Assembly (NCBI GenBank): GCA_951406725.2
Contig: OX597827.1
Location: forward strand, 24,118,001-24,182,000
Source: Octopus vulgaris
Lineage: Eukaryota
Reading direction: 5' to 3'
DNA length: 64,000 nt
Part shown: positions 27,101-38,296 of the stretch, piece after piece
Layout of the letters: every line of letters starts with the position of its first letter
Numbering within the stretch: the first letter of the stretch is position 1
Position numbers and translations under genes: made by a program
Notes under the pieces: model-generated
The model's input: the letters and a program-made list of their open reading frames with translations, nothing else
What the model was told of the DNA's origin: nothing
Database searches by the model: none

Positions 27101-28033
27101 CAAGCAGGGTGGTCATGTGCTTGCATTTCCCAGGTGTCAGTGTTGATCTTAAAGATCTTCAGCCAACTTGTCCTTATTAAGCTGGCATTTGGATTACATT
27201 CCAAGGCTTTTAGATCAGTTTATATCAAAACCTGCAGCAGTAGTCTCAGATGAGTGGATATCAAAATTGTCAAGGGCCCAACAACAGGATCTACAGCTAG
27301 GCAAATATTATCTAAGAGTGTAAGATTACATCATCCAGTGGCCTCCAGCAAGTTTGAATGCTACTGCCTCGGCTTAGTAGTCCAAGCAATGATCAGAAAG
27401 AGGACCCCAACACTGAAGGCTCTTTAGAGTTTACAAGCAATGTGCCTTAGAATGTCAAAGAAAAATACTGTACAAAGTGTGGTACAAAATGTGAAAAGGC
27501 ATGTAAAAAGCAACATCCGAACGTGGCTGATGCCAGTACCCCGATAGGTACCGGCTCTCAATCCAGTGGCATGTAAAAAGCACCCACTACACTGAGTGGT
27601 TGGCATCCAGCCGTAGAAATATTGCCAGATCAGACTGAAGCCTGATGCAGCTGCTGGCTTTTAAACCGTCCAATCCATGCCAGCATGGAAAACAGACAAA
27701 CAATGATGAAGGAAGTAAAGTGTTTTCTACTATGGCCCCGAGTTGATTCGTTAGATGAAAACTGAAAGAAGCCTGTCACACATAGATGTGATAGTATCAC
27801 TTTGGCTTGACCATTGCATGAGAGTTGTAAATGAGTGTCACACAAGCAGTGTCCATCAGAAAATAATAGCCTGCCTGGAAACAGGAAGGGCATCCAGCCA
27901 TATAAAAATCTACTCCAAGTAACCATGGAAAAAGGGACAATAAAAAAACCCAACCATTCACAATACACAACAGAAAACTATTATACACTTAAAAAAAACA
28001 AATTTTAAGAGAGATTAAAGTTCAAATATGTAT

Positions 28034-28039
28034 TTTATT
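28034..28039 (-). terminator. Polyadenylation signal of RPL26
   Basis: AATAAA on the minus strand, 22 nt after the TAG. Confidence 0.8.
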
Positions 28040-28061
28040 TTTAAACTGCCAGGGAAAATAC

Positions 28062-28184
28062 CTAGGAGGTTTCCATAATGGACTCTTCAGTATGTTTACC
28101 CTTGTCGGCAGCAACACGGTTACGACTCCTTCGGTCCAAGATGCGTTTCCTATCTTTGTCCAATTTTAATTTCACAATGACAAC
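28062..28184 (-). CDS. RPL26: 60S ribosomal protein L26 (uL24), last coding exon
   Basis: tttcag|VVIVKLKLDKDRKRILDRRSRNRVAADKGKHTEESIMETS*; too short for the ORF track. Confidence 0.95.
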   Translation of the reverse strand, partial: VVIVKLKLDKDRKRILDRRSRNRVAADKGKHTEESIMETS

Positions 28185-31100
28185 CTGAAAAAAAGAAATC
28201 ACAACATAAAAATAGCAGGATTCACAATGAAGTTGGTGTGTGGCACATATAGTCGTAATGAAAGGCTTTCATTTAAATATGATGGTAAAAACAAATGCTG
28301 TGTTTCATCATAAAACTAGAAGTAGGCTGAGAAAGGTTGGTAGATTTATGAAGTATGTTTATAACAGAACAGCTGTCAATGCATTGTGACAAACACTTTG
28401 CCAACATAGTGGAATCAAGAGATTCACAAACGCAGATCAACAGACCATGTAGGCGTCTTTCCAAGTGAGTGATATTGCCCCTCTAGAATGCTGGAATCTT
28501 ATATAGGTCCTGGGGATAAGGTCAAGGCCTAGTAGCTATGATCACCAGATCATGGGTTTGATTCCCACAATGCACAACCCCCAGACCGGGGATAGCGCAT
28601 TGTGTTTTTGGCAAAACACTATTTCATTGTTGCTCCAGCCGATCCAGCTGTAAATGGATGCCAACCCTGTGACAGAGTAGCATTCTGACCAGGCTTAGTG
28701 CTGGCCTGTTCCCTTAGCCAGCAGGGTGGCATCATTTAAAAGCTAAAATGATGTGAAGTGCACTATGACTGATGCACAACAACATCCAATTGTGTGGCCG
28801 CTTGCATGATCACAAGGGGACAAAGGGGACCAGACCAGCAACTGAGCAATAGACACCTGCAAAGTTTTGTCTCTTATTTGTGCCATGGAAGAAGGAAAGG
28901 CAAAATAAAAAAATAAAGAACCAGCCACAATTGATGATGTCAAATTTGAAAGTAGAAAAACCAAATGAAATAGGCAAAAGCATAACCATGGGGGGAAACT
29001 GGATATTTTGATTTCCGATTTCGAAAGCAACAAGCCTAACAAGATGTCTGATAATGGAATTGATGAGTTTCTACAAGAAATAAAATGAAGGAAGGATTTC
29101 TCTTTGCCTGTTTGCAGTCACTGGACTACAGCCATGGGGGGACACCACCTTAAAAGGGTTTAACCAAACAAAGCGAACCCACTACTTATTTTACTTTTAA
29201 GCCTGGTACATATTCTATTGGTCCCTGTTCGTGGAACTGCTAAGTGACAAGGACATAAACAAACCAACAACAGTTGTCAAGTGATGGTGAGAGACGAACA
29301 CAGATACATAAATTTATGTACAATGAGTTTCTGCCTTCCGTAACCACTGACAAGGCTATGGTCAGCCAAGGACTTTAGCAGAAGACATTTGCCCAAGACG
29401 CCACACAGTGGGTCTGAACCAGGAAACAAACCACACAGCCACAACCATGCCTATATAAAGTATTTTTCTCAAAAGATCTCCTGAAAGACAGTCTAGCAGT
29501 CTATTTGATGAACTGAAAGCAAAAGAATACCCCCCCTCAATTATTCCAACATTAACTGTAGAAACAGACTCTTACAGTATATATACAGGAAAAGTTTCAC
29601 ATCTCTGAAATGCCTAGGGGAAACTTTAAAGAATCAATCAGGCATTATCTTATAGCCTCGAGATTTTAAAAATGTAATTAACTGTCCTGTTAAAAGCACC
29701 ATTCAATCACTGAGTAATATGCTGTGCTTGTGAAGACCTGTTGAACTGAGCGAAATCATAGTTGTGGCTAATGCCAATACTGCCACCTGTGCTGGTGGCA
29801 CGCAAAAAGCACCACTCACGCATTGGGCCACATACTGTGCATGTGTTGACCTGTCAAGCCAAGTGAAACTAGTTTTGGCCGATGCCAGTATTAAGTAAAT
29901 GGCACCCATGCCCGTGGCACGAAAAAAGCATCCACTACTCTCAGAATGGTTGGCATCAAGAAGGGCATCCAGCCACAGAAACAATGCCAAATCAGACTGG
30001 AACCCGGTGCAGGCCCTGCCAGCTTACCAGTTTTCAGTCAAACTGTCCAACTCATGACAGCATGGAAAACAGATGCTGAATGATGATGATGATGATGTAA
30101 TTGTTTATTTCAAGGATGACACTGTAGGGTAGGTGTGAGAGGCTAGATCTGGTTGGTTTGAATATAAAAACAAGATAGAATATTTGGGTCAGATCAAATT
30201 CTGAAGGGTTAATGAAAATCTGGTGATGTAAAAGGCCTGGGTGTTTCTGATAGTGAGGCAAACTACAAAATAGGGGAAATTGAAAGTAAAGCAATTACTA
30301 GATCCCGCAGTGGACCTGGGAACTATGACTTCACCACAACCAAGGATGTATATTATTTCCTGAATACTTTCTTTTAGTACAGTCAAACTTATGGATTTAC
30401 AAACTATTGCAACAGCGTGTGTGTTTGTGTGCTACAAGGAGAAAAAAAAGAGCTGACCTGCCTGAGTCAGCACTTTTCTACTTGTAATCATACACACAAA
30501 AGATCGGAAAATTCAGCAGAAAGAAAATCTGTTAACAGACAACATAGAGACAAGTGGCAAAATATTTTTCTATCCATCTGGGAACCTCACTTCAACATAT
30601 ATGGCTGGCATAGACTGGATGAATCAACGACAAAACAATTATTCAGCAGTCCAGGTTAATAAATGGTGATGATACTTGGTTTGGTTCATAGTAAATATGG
30701 GTACCAAGATTGTTAAACGATGATGACCAAATTGGGGGCAGATGTAGCAATGTAACTGAAGGCAAACTATTCATGGGATCGGGGAGAGAAACCACTGGTG
30801 ATTGCAGAAAACTTATGCCGGAAAAATCAATCACCCAGTGAATAGTCAACTGAAAACTTTATCTAATGTACTTGCATTTATGCAAAGTGGGAGTGCCATA
30901 TATTGTTATAATTGCAGATGCAATATTGAAAAGCTTCTTTTTGAACAATGTGGTCTCGGGTTCAGTCCCACCATGTGGCACCTTGGTCAAGTGCATTTCA
31001 CTACAGCCCTGGAACAACTAGGTTCTAAATAAATTACCTTGACATGACATGTGCAGGTACATTAAAAATGGTGGGTGTGTTGAGAAAAAAGAAAATTGTG

Positions 31101-31332
31101 TCATCACTCTGTAGTGTACAATGCCTTTTAAACTTTTTCTTTTAGAACACACTTCTAATACCCTGCTTTCTATACATCCAGGACCACATATCAAAGACAT
31201 TAAGGCATGATTTGAGAGAGAAATGCTGTTCTTCATACTAAGTTGAAGATGTAAGTCACTTTGCTGGCTTGTAATTCAACAGTTGAAATGACACTTTTTT
31301 GTACACAAACACACATTGGTTCTACAACTTAC

Positions 31333-31473
31333 ATTTGATGGATGAATACCGACATGAACTGATGTGCCATTAGCTTTCTCACGCTGGATTCTTTCAATGC
31401 AAATCACAAACTTTTTCCTGTAACATTGGACAACCTTCCCAACTTGTTGACCTTTGTAGTGACCGCGTACCAC
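31333..31473 (-). CDS. RPL26: 60S ribosomal protein L26, coding exon 2
   Basis: ag|[47 protein letters not shown]|gtaagt; 141 bp, phase 0. Confidence 0.97.
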
Positions 31474-32559
31474 CTAGGAAATAAAAAAAAACAAACAAAC
31501 AATAAAACCCCATCAATATATGAAAAACATTGCACCTCTATTCAAGGTGCTGGAACAGTAAAAAAAAAAACAAACAAATAAAAAATAAAATTTGCTTTTA
31601 CATGTAGGACCACTTCCCGTATCCCCAATATTGCAGAGGTAGATATTTTCCAAATAGGCACACGAACAGAAGTCATTGATACACATGTAGCCTTACTGGC
31701 ACTCGAGCCCCATGCTAGTAGGGTATTAAGAGCACCACCCGAGCGTGATCATTGCCAGAGCAGCTATCTGGCCTCCGTGCCGGTGGCATGTAAAAGAACC
31801 ATTCGAGCGTGATCGTTACTAGCATCGCCTTACTGGCACCTGTGCCATGTGTAAAAGAATCGAGCGAGGTCGTTGCCACTACCACGTAAAAAGCATCCAC
31901 TACACTCTCAGAGTGGTTGGCGTTAGGAAGGGCATCCAGCTGTAGAAACTGCCAGATCAATATTGGAGCCTGGTGCAGCCATCTGGTTCGCCACCCTCAG
32001 TCATTCGTCCAACCCATGCTAGCATGGAAAGCAGACGTTAAGCAATGATGATGATGAAGGCCAAAGCAGACCAAACTGGTGCTATGTAAAATGCTCCCAG
32101 TCCGCTTTGTAGATGGTTGGTATTAGGAAGGGTAGCCAGCTGCAGAAATCATGCCACCAATGGGACTATGTCATCCTAAACAGAAATGCAAGGTTTGACA
32201 AAAAATCCACAGCCACACCACTGCAAATGTAACAAGCAATAAAGCATTCCAGTCTCCACTGTTACTGAACAGTCCTTTCTACTGAAGGCATGAAATTTTA
32301 GGAGAAGGAGAGTCAATTACAGGCCCCAGTGCTGAACCTGAAAGACAAAGCCAATCCTGATGGAATTGGAACACAGAACATCAAGACAGATGAAATGCTG
32401 CTAAGTATTGAGTAGAAATCATAAGATGATTGGGCGAGTTTCATGAAAAGTTTAACTGCTACAGCAAGTACCCTCAAAAATTCGATGCTAAGGTTAGAAG
32501 TTGCAAGCCACATTGACCTAGTCACAGCACACACACACACAAAAAAAGCATCAACAAAC

Positions 32560-32727
32560 CTGTACTTCATCATCTTTTCTAATTGGCATGTTACGGACAT
32601 TATATTTCTGTCTAAGTTCCTTTGATAATGGAGATGTCATGAGTTTCCTCCTGATGTGAGAAGGGGCATTGAAGTGCCTCTTTCTGTTCTTTCTCCGTGA
32701 GGATGAGACAAGTTTGTTCAGCTTCAT
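32560..32727 (-). CDS. RPL26: 60S ribosomal protein L26, coding exon 1
   Basis: [56 protein letters not shown]|gtttgt. Acceptor ctctccag lies 18 nt upstream of the ATG. Spliced total is 143 aa. Confidence 0.97.
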
Positions 32728-33789
32728 CTTGCTTTATATAATGTTCTGGAGAGAAAGATAAATAAGATATTTAGCCCTTTCATTACGAACACGCCCGAAT
32801 AATGATTCAAAATTTGAAAGCAGCGACAGAAAAATCAAATGATATGTGCAATAAGTAGAACCACATGTATGATGGAGAAGTGAATATTTTCATTTCCAAT
32901 TCAGAAAGCAACGAGTTCGTGATGAGTATTGACCAGATACAGAATGGATGATTTATTTATATATATATAAGTGTGTGGTCACCTACATGCCCGGAAGAAA
33001 TTAGTTATAAGCATTAACCACTAAAGCACTGGGATTTGCACTTACAGAGCATCGACTGCTAAGCACATTTTACGAAAATGACACAACCATTCAAACATAA
33101 AAAAATAGTTAAAATATCTTCTTAGTATAATATAATGGTAGCAAGTTTTACATCATCTGGAAAGTCATTAGTTGAACTATTAGTCCTCTTGCATTCTGGG
33201 GGGTATCAGAGCGTTTGAATGTCATTAGACCCCAACAAATGCCCATAAATTAAATGCATCTACCTGGAACACGATCGTGGTCCGACGCGCTTTATGTGTT
33301 AAGGGCATTAAGAAGCTGCCCAGGTCAGCCAACTACTAATGGATGAATAGTTTGGCGATCAGTATACTTCCAGTTATATCACGCAGACAAGGTTTTTGAG
33401 ATTATGACAAATTCTTGCACATACGAGGCACGCAGCGTAGCAGTAGTGAGAAGAAAACGATCCCTCTTCGACAGAGGGGCGATATTTTAAATAAGGAGGC
33501 TTCCGTGCATACAGAAGTGACGAAAGAACGGGACAAACTGATAGGAATACATTGTTTTTTTTTACTACATAATTTATTCTCAGATGTCACAATTATGTCC
33601 CATATTTATCAACTGTTGAGGTATGGAAGTGAACTTCGGGGCATGCACATCCTGAAGGACTTCCCCGGCCACAACTACCCTCCCATTTTTGTTTTCATTT
33701 ATGGTAATTCAGCTTTCGCTAGGGATAAGGGAGATTTGACCGATGTTTTTAGCAGGTCAAAAAAAAAACAAAACAAAAAAACAAGTACT

Positions 33790-33909
33790 ATTAGTCGTGA
33801 CTAGTCAATCCTACGACTACCTAGCAAAGTAAATAAAACACAAAATACAAAGGATCGACTAGTAATGACTAGCTAACGCGCACCGGGACCACTCTTCTTA
33901 AATAGTACC
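33790..33909. mobile_element. Partial copy of the 36409-36595 MITE, in opposite orientation, in RPL26 intron 1
   Basis: TAGTCGTGACTAGTC...CTACGACTACCTAGCAAAGTAAATAAAAC...GCGCACCGGGACCACT...TAGTACC. Confidence 0.75.
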
Positions 33910-34666
33910 CTCCACCCAAAAAAACCTGTACACGTTTCTTTGGATAAGACTACAAAGTCTAGTATAGTCTGGCAATCTTTCGTTATAGCCATAGCCAGTC
34001 TAGTTTATATTCCTGTAAATTATCTCAGATGTGAACTGAATCAAATATGCAGGTTAATAAACGAAGAAACGCCGAGCATTGGAGGGGGAACAAAAATATG
34101 AACACATAAAATATAACTTTTAAGTGGATATTTATAAGTCTTAAATAAACGAACCATATGTGTACACAATAAAGATACACTATGCTTCAAAGAATTCCAT
34201 TTTATTTCAATAAAACTATTCCGAAAGTAGCAATTAGCCACAAATTTTCTGCTGCATTATAAAGTATATGATAATTCGTTGTATGGTGCACGATGTTGCT
34301 TTTACGATACCTGTTCAGCATTATTACTAAACTTTTATTTATAAATTCACATGAAAATAGCCATATTAAAGTGATACACAATACATATAAATATTGGCTT
34401 AAAAAAACACACATTAATAACTACATCGAAGAAGAAAACTGATCTTATACACGTGTTTAGCGTGGCTGTTTAATAATAAGTAATGAATATTACGATTTTG
34501 GTGGAGCAGTAAATGATGAGTTTGTAGTAGTAAACGAAAATATATATAAAAAAACTAAGCAATTATTCATGTCAAACATGAAATTCTGTGTTGAACAGCA
34601 ATGTCAGTGAGGACTAAGATTAGCAAAATAAGACGGATGGAAGAAGATAAATGAAGAGGTACTCAC

Positions 34667-34705
34667 TTCTTTGTACAGCACGTTCTATGGCCGACCTAAA
34701 AAGAA
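34667..34705 (-). promoter_or_regulatory. RPL26: Probable non-coding exon 1 of RPL26 with TCT/5'-TOP start
   Basis: Minus strand TTCTTTTTAGGTCGGCC...AAAGAA|GTGAGT: a pyrimidine initiator typical of ribosomal protein genes plus a consensus donor. Confidence 0.65.
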
Positions 34706-34939
34706 CATGTCCGTCTAGTAAAGTTGGCAACATAATGTTCTCCTCGTTTGCCGCATGTGACTGAAAACTTGAATTTTTTTTGCAATTTGAATTACATTTA
34801 GATAATTCATTTCAAATTAAAAGAAAAATAAATACACATTAATTTATTCAATTTTATTATTAAATGTTGAACACTATGTATATTTTTTCTACTTTCTCAA
34901 CTAAAACTGTGAGTACGAAACTAAATTTACAAGTGTCTA

Positions 34940-35051
34940 AATTATCTGCCCGAAACCATTCTCTCGTAGAACTTCGTGTATATTGAGATGTAATTTTTGG
35001 GATGCAATTTAAATTTCATATTTTCTTCCCACCTCAACAAGCAAGGTGAGT
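34940..35051 (+). promoter_or_regulatory. Possible non-coding first exon of POMK (start not determinable)
   Basis: Strong donor AAG|GTGAGT at 35046. The POMK ATG exon begins directly at an acceptor, so an upstream exon is expected. Confidence 0.4.
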
Positions 35052-35755
35052 TGTATTTTTTTCTATTTCGTATTCGAAGAAAATGATGCTGGTATGTGTC
35101 GTCGCTAAAAAGTTATACGTTTTAAATAAGTTAGTATAAAGTGTTGGTTTGCCAGAAATACTATGGGGTGGGTGGTGGCGACACAAAACATTGAAAAAAA
35201 TTCAAATAGAAAATTTTCCTTGCAAAAAAAAAAAAAAGTTATTTTCCTACATGTTTCTAAAACATGTATCGGATAAAGTTGTGGGAAAAGTTCCAACCAG
35301 TTATATGAGTATTTTTCGAGGAGAACTCAATCGGCCAATCGTCCTTAAACTCAAACAACCGCCTTTTTTAAAGTGCTTAATCTGAGGATGAACTCTTAAC
35401 ACACATTCTTTATTATTTTTTTTTTATCAGATGTTATCCTTAAACCTGTCTTTGAATACTTTACAACATAAAGTGGACTCTGTTATCTTGCAGAATACTT
35501 AATTGAAGTAATACTAAACCTGTACTACTTTTATTCATTAAATTTGCCACGAAGGCAGTACATAGATGTAGCTTTGCGGGCTGGACATAGACATTGATGG
35601 TATGAATGATGGTGATGGGAGAAGACGAAAGCGCCCGCCGACATCCGCTTCTCTAAGACAATGTTCTTTTTTCAAAAATTCAAAAAGTCACAATGAGGCA
35701 ATGAACCTCTTTCTCAATATGATACAATTTTTCTTTTTAAAAACATTCAAAAAGT

Positions 35756-36385
35756 TCAAGTCACCCGGCCGACCAGCGCTTTTGCTTTATCGAGGCAATC
35801 ATTCTTTGTCGGGCGGCAGTATTCAGGTATATATTGAAAGGAGTCCTCCGGGAAGGAATTCATGATCCTGCACAGATCGCTCTGCCATAGGACCTTCGCA
35901 GCCACCAGCGAAGGCCACTCAGGGTCCTCCGTGCAGGACCGGAGTCCCTCCCATTGGCCTTTCTCTTTCATTTTACCTATCTCGTTTTCAAGCGTTCCTC
36001 CTTTGTGGAAGAAGACCACATATTGATCCTCCGGCAGCTCATCCGCCTGAGGAGGCTTGGGAGACGCCGTCTGCGTGTTACAATCCGCAGGCGGCGTCCC
36101 GTTTCTCTTTTTTTTTTTTTTTCCCTGGGCTGCGGGAGGGTGAGGTTCCTGTGTTGCACACAACGGGTCCTCTTTTTCTCCCGCAGCTCCCGGGTCTTTC
36201 GGTGGGTCACCATTGTTGCCCATCTTTTCTTTTATGAGGATGTAGCAATTTCCTCGTTCTGTTTCTCTCCCTCCATTGGGGGAGCAGGGAGAGACTCCAA
36301 CACTAACCGCTCCAGGATCCTACTTTGGTCCCTGGGGCAGTTCTTCTTAATGTGGCCGGTCTCCAGGCACAGGTGACAAGAAATC
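35756..36385 (-). mobile_element. Frameshifted gag/ORF1-like fragment with CCHC zinc knuckle
   Basis: Minus strand CHLCLETGHIKKNC at about 36337-36378, then a frameshift into ORF 35756-36223 (Pro/Lys-rich). GC-rich island. Confidence 0.6.
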
Positions 36386-36408
36386 TGGAAAAACCAGACT
36401 TTTAAACC

Positions 36409-36595
36409 GGTACTACTTGAGAACAGTGGTCCCGGTGCGCGTACTCGCGCATCCGCTAGCTAGATAGTCGTGACTAGTCGACCCTTACTTTGTGTTTTTG
36501 CGTTTTATTTACTTTGCTAGGTAGTCGTAGAATCGACTAGTCACGACTAGCTAGCGCGGATGCGCGCACCGGAGCCACTGTTCTCAAGTAGCACC
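36409..36595. mobile_element. Palindromic MITE with GG..CC termini (possibly Merlin-type)
   Basis: GGTACTACTTGAGAACAGTGG... and ...CCACTGTTCTCAAGTAGCACC; about 70-bp arms; TSD unclear. Confidence 0.75.
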
Positions 36596-36621
36596 TACCA
36601 AACCTTTATCACAGCTTATTT

Positions 36622-37408
36622 GGATCTTTTTCTTTTGAACGGCACATGTCAACACAATTTCTAGTTAACTAAACACTTTTAAACTTCATATACTGGTAGA
36701 ATGTGTTTATAAAACATCATTTTTCTTGGCTTTATTGAGAAAATTCTATAGTTTGTAAGATATTTCGTCTGAAATTTCGAGCATTTCGGCAATTTTAACC
36801 AATCGCTGACCTCCATTTGGGGTGAAAACATTCCGTGCTGTATGAATATGTCCCTCGTTTAAGAAACAGATTGGGTTTATTTACATTTGCGAAGAAAAAA
36901 GAGATACCCTTCCCACACCCTTAACCCTAAATCTGAAATAAATTGAAATGCAATAGATCGATACTAGTGTTATAATTATGGGTGACATTTTTATTTGACA
37001 CCGCTAGAAAAAAATCCCATTTTCTGTAGCGGTGTCGTATGAAATTGTCACCCATAACTATAACCCTAGTATTGATCTATTGCATTTCAATCTATTTTAG
37101 GGTTAGGAGTGGGGGAAGGGCATCTTTTTTTCTTTGCAAATGTAAATAAACCCAATCTGTTTCTTAAACGAGGGACATATTCATACAGCATGGAATGTTT
37201 TCACCCCAAATGGAGGTCAGCGATTGGTTAAAATTGCCAAAATGCTTGAATTTAAAGTGGAAATATGTTACAACAAATTACAATTTTCTCAAGAAAGCCA
37301 AGAGAAAAAATGATGTTTTATAAACACATTCTACCAGTATACGAAGTTTAAAAGTGTTTAGTTAACTAGAAATTGTGCTGACATGTGCCGTTCAAAAGGA
37401 AAAGATCT
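36622..37408. mobile_element. Fold-back MITE, nearly fully palindromic, 8-bp TSD (Merlin-like)
   Basis: GGATCTTTT...AAAAGATCT with about 390-bp arms and a perfect TSD GCTTATTT at 36614-36621 and 37409-37416. Confidence 0.9.
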
Positions 37409-38296
37409 GCTTATTTTTGTGACAATGGGGTGGAGGGGGTCTGTTTACATCTCCACCATGTGCACCTTAAAATCATTAATAATTTTGCAACTATTCGTTC
37501 AAAAGACTAGATTAATTGTACTAAAGTTTACCAATGGTTTGCTATTTTTTAAATGAAGTGTTCAACAAGTATGTCAGATGGACGCACACTCGTTTATAAT
37601 GTCATGCTCCAAGTTTCATTTTGTAAATGTGTATGAGTATGTTGCATGCCAATTACTCTTTAACTTGTTTCAGTCATCTTGACTGCAGCCATGCTAGAGC
37701 ACCTCTAGTCGAACAAACCGACCCCAGGAGTTATTCTGTCGGTTGCTTTTGCCGACCCGCTAAGTTACGTGGACACACCCTCAACATCGGTTGTCAAGCG
37801 ATGGCAGGTGGACAAACATAGACAAACAAATACATAAATGTATATACACAAGTCTTTCAATTTCTGCCTACCGAATCCACTCGCAAGGCTGTGGTTGGCC
37901 CGTGTGCATATTGTAGAACACACGTGCCCAAGTTGCTACGCTGTGGGACTGAACCCGGAGTCATGTGGTTGGGAAGCAGGCTTCTTACCACACAGCCACT
38001 CCATGAAATTTTGCAGTGGTACCTTTTCGGTTGTGTAAATTAGAATCATGTTGACATTAAGGTAAATATTTCGTAAAAGACCCGTTTGTACCTAGGTGTG
38101 AAATAGTTTTTTTTTTCTGGGTGCATTCGACGTATCTGACTTCCAAACCCGCCGCAAGCAACTTTTTTTTTTTACCCCAGAAGGGGTGGTGGGGCCTAGG
38201 AGTTTCCCCACCAATGAAATTTTGTTTCGCAGGTTTTTATTTGGGGTGGCGGTCCAGGTTATTTTGCATACTTTCAATAAATATGACATCGAAATT

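Noticed and set aside
30718-30760. Box C (GATGATGA) to box D (CTGA) motif pair
   Set aside because: It is on the strand antisense to RPL26, too short, and has no terminal stem.
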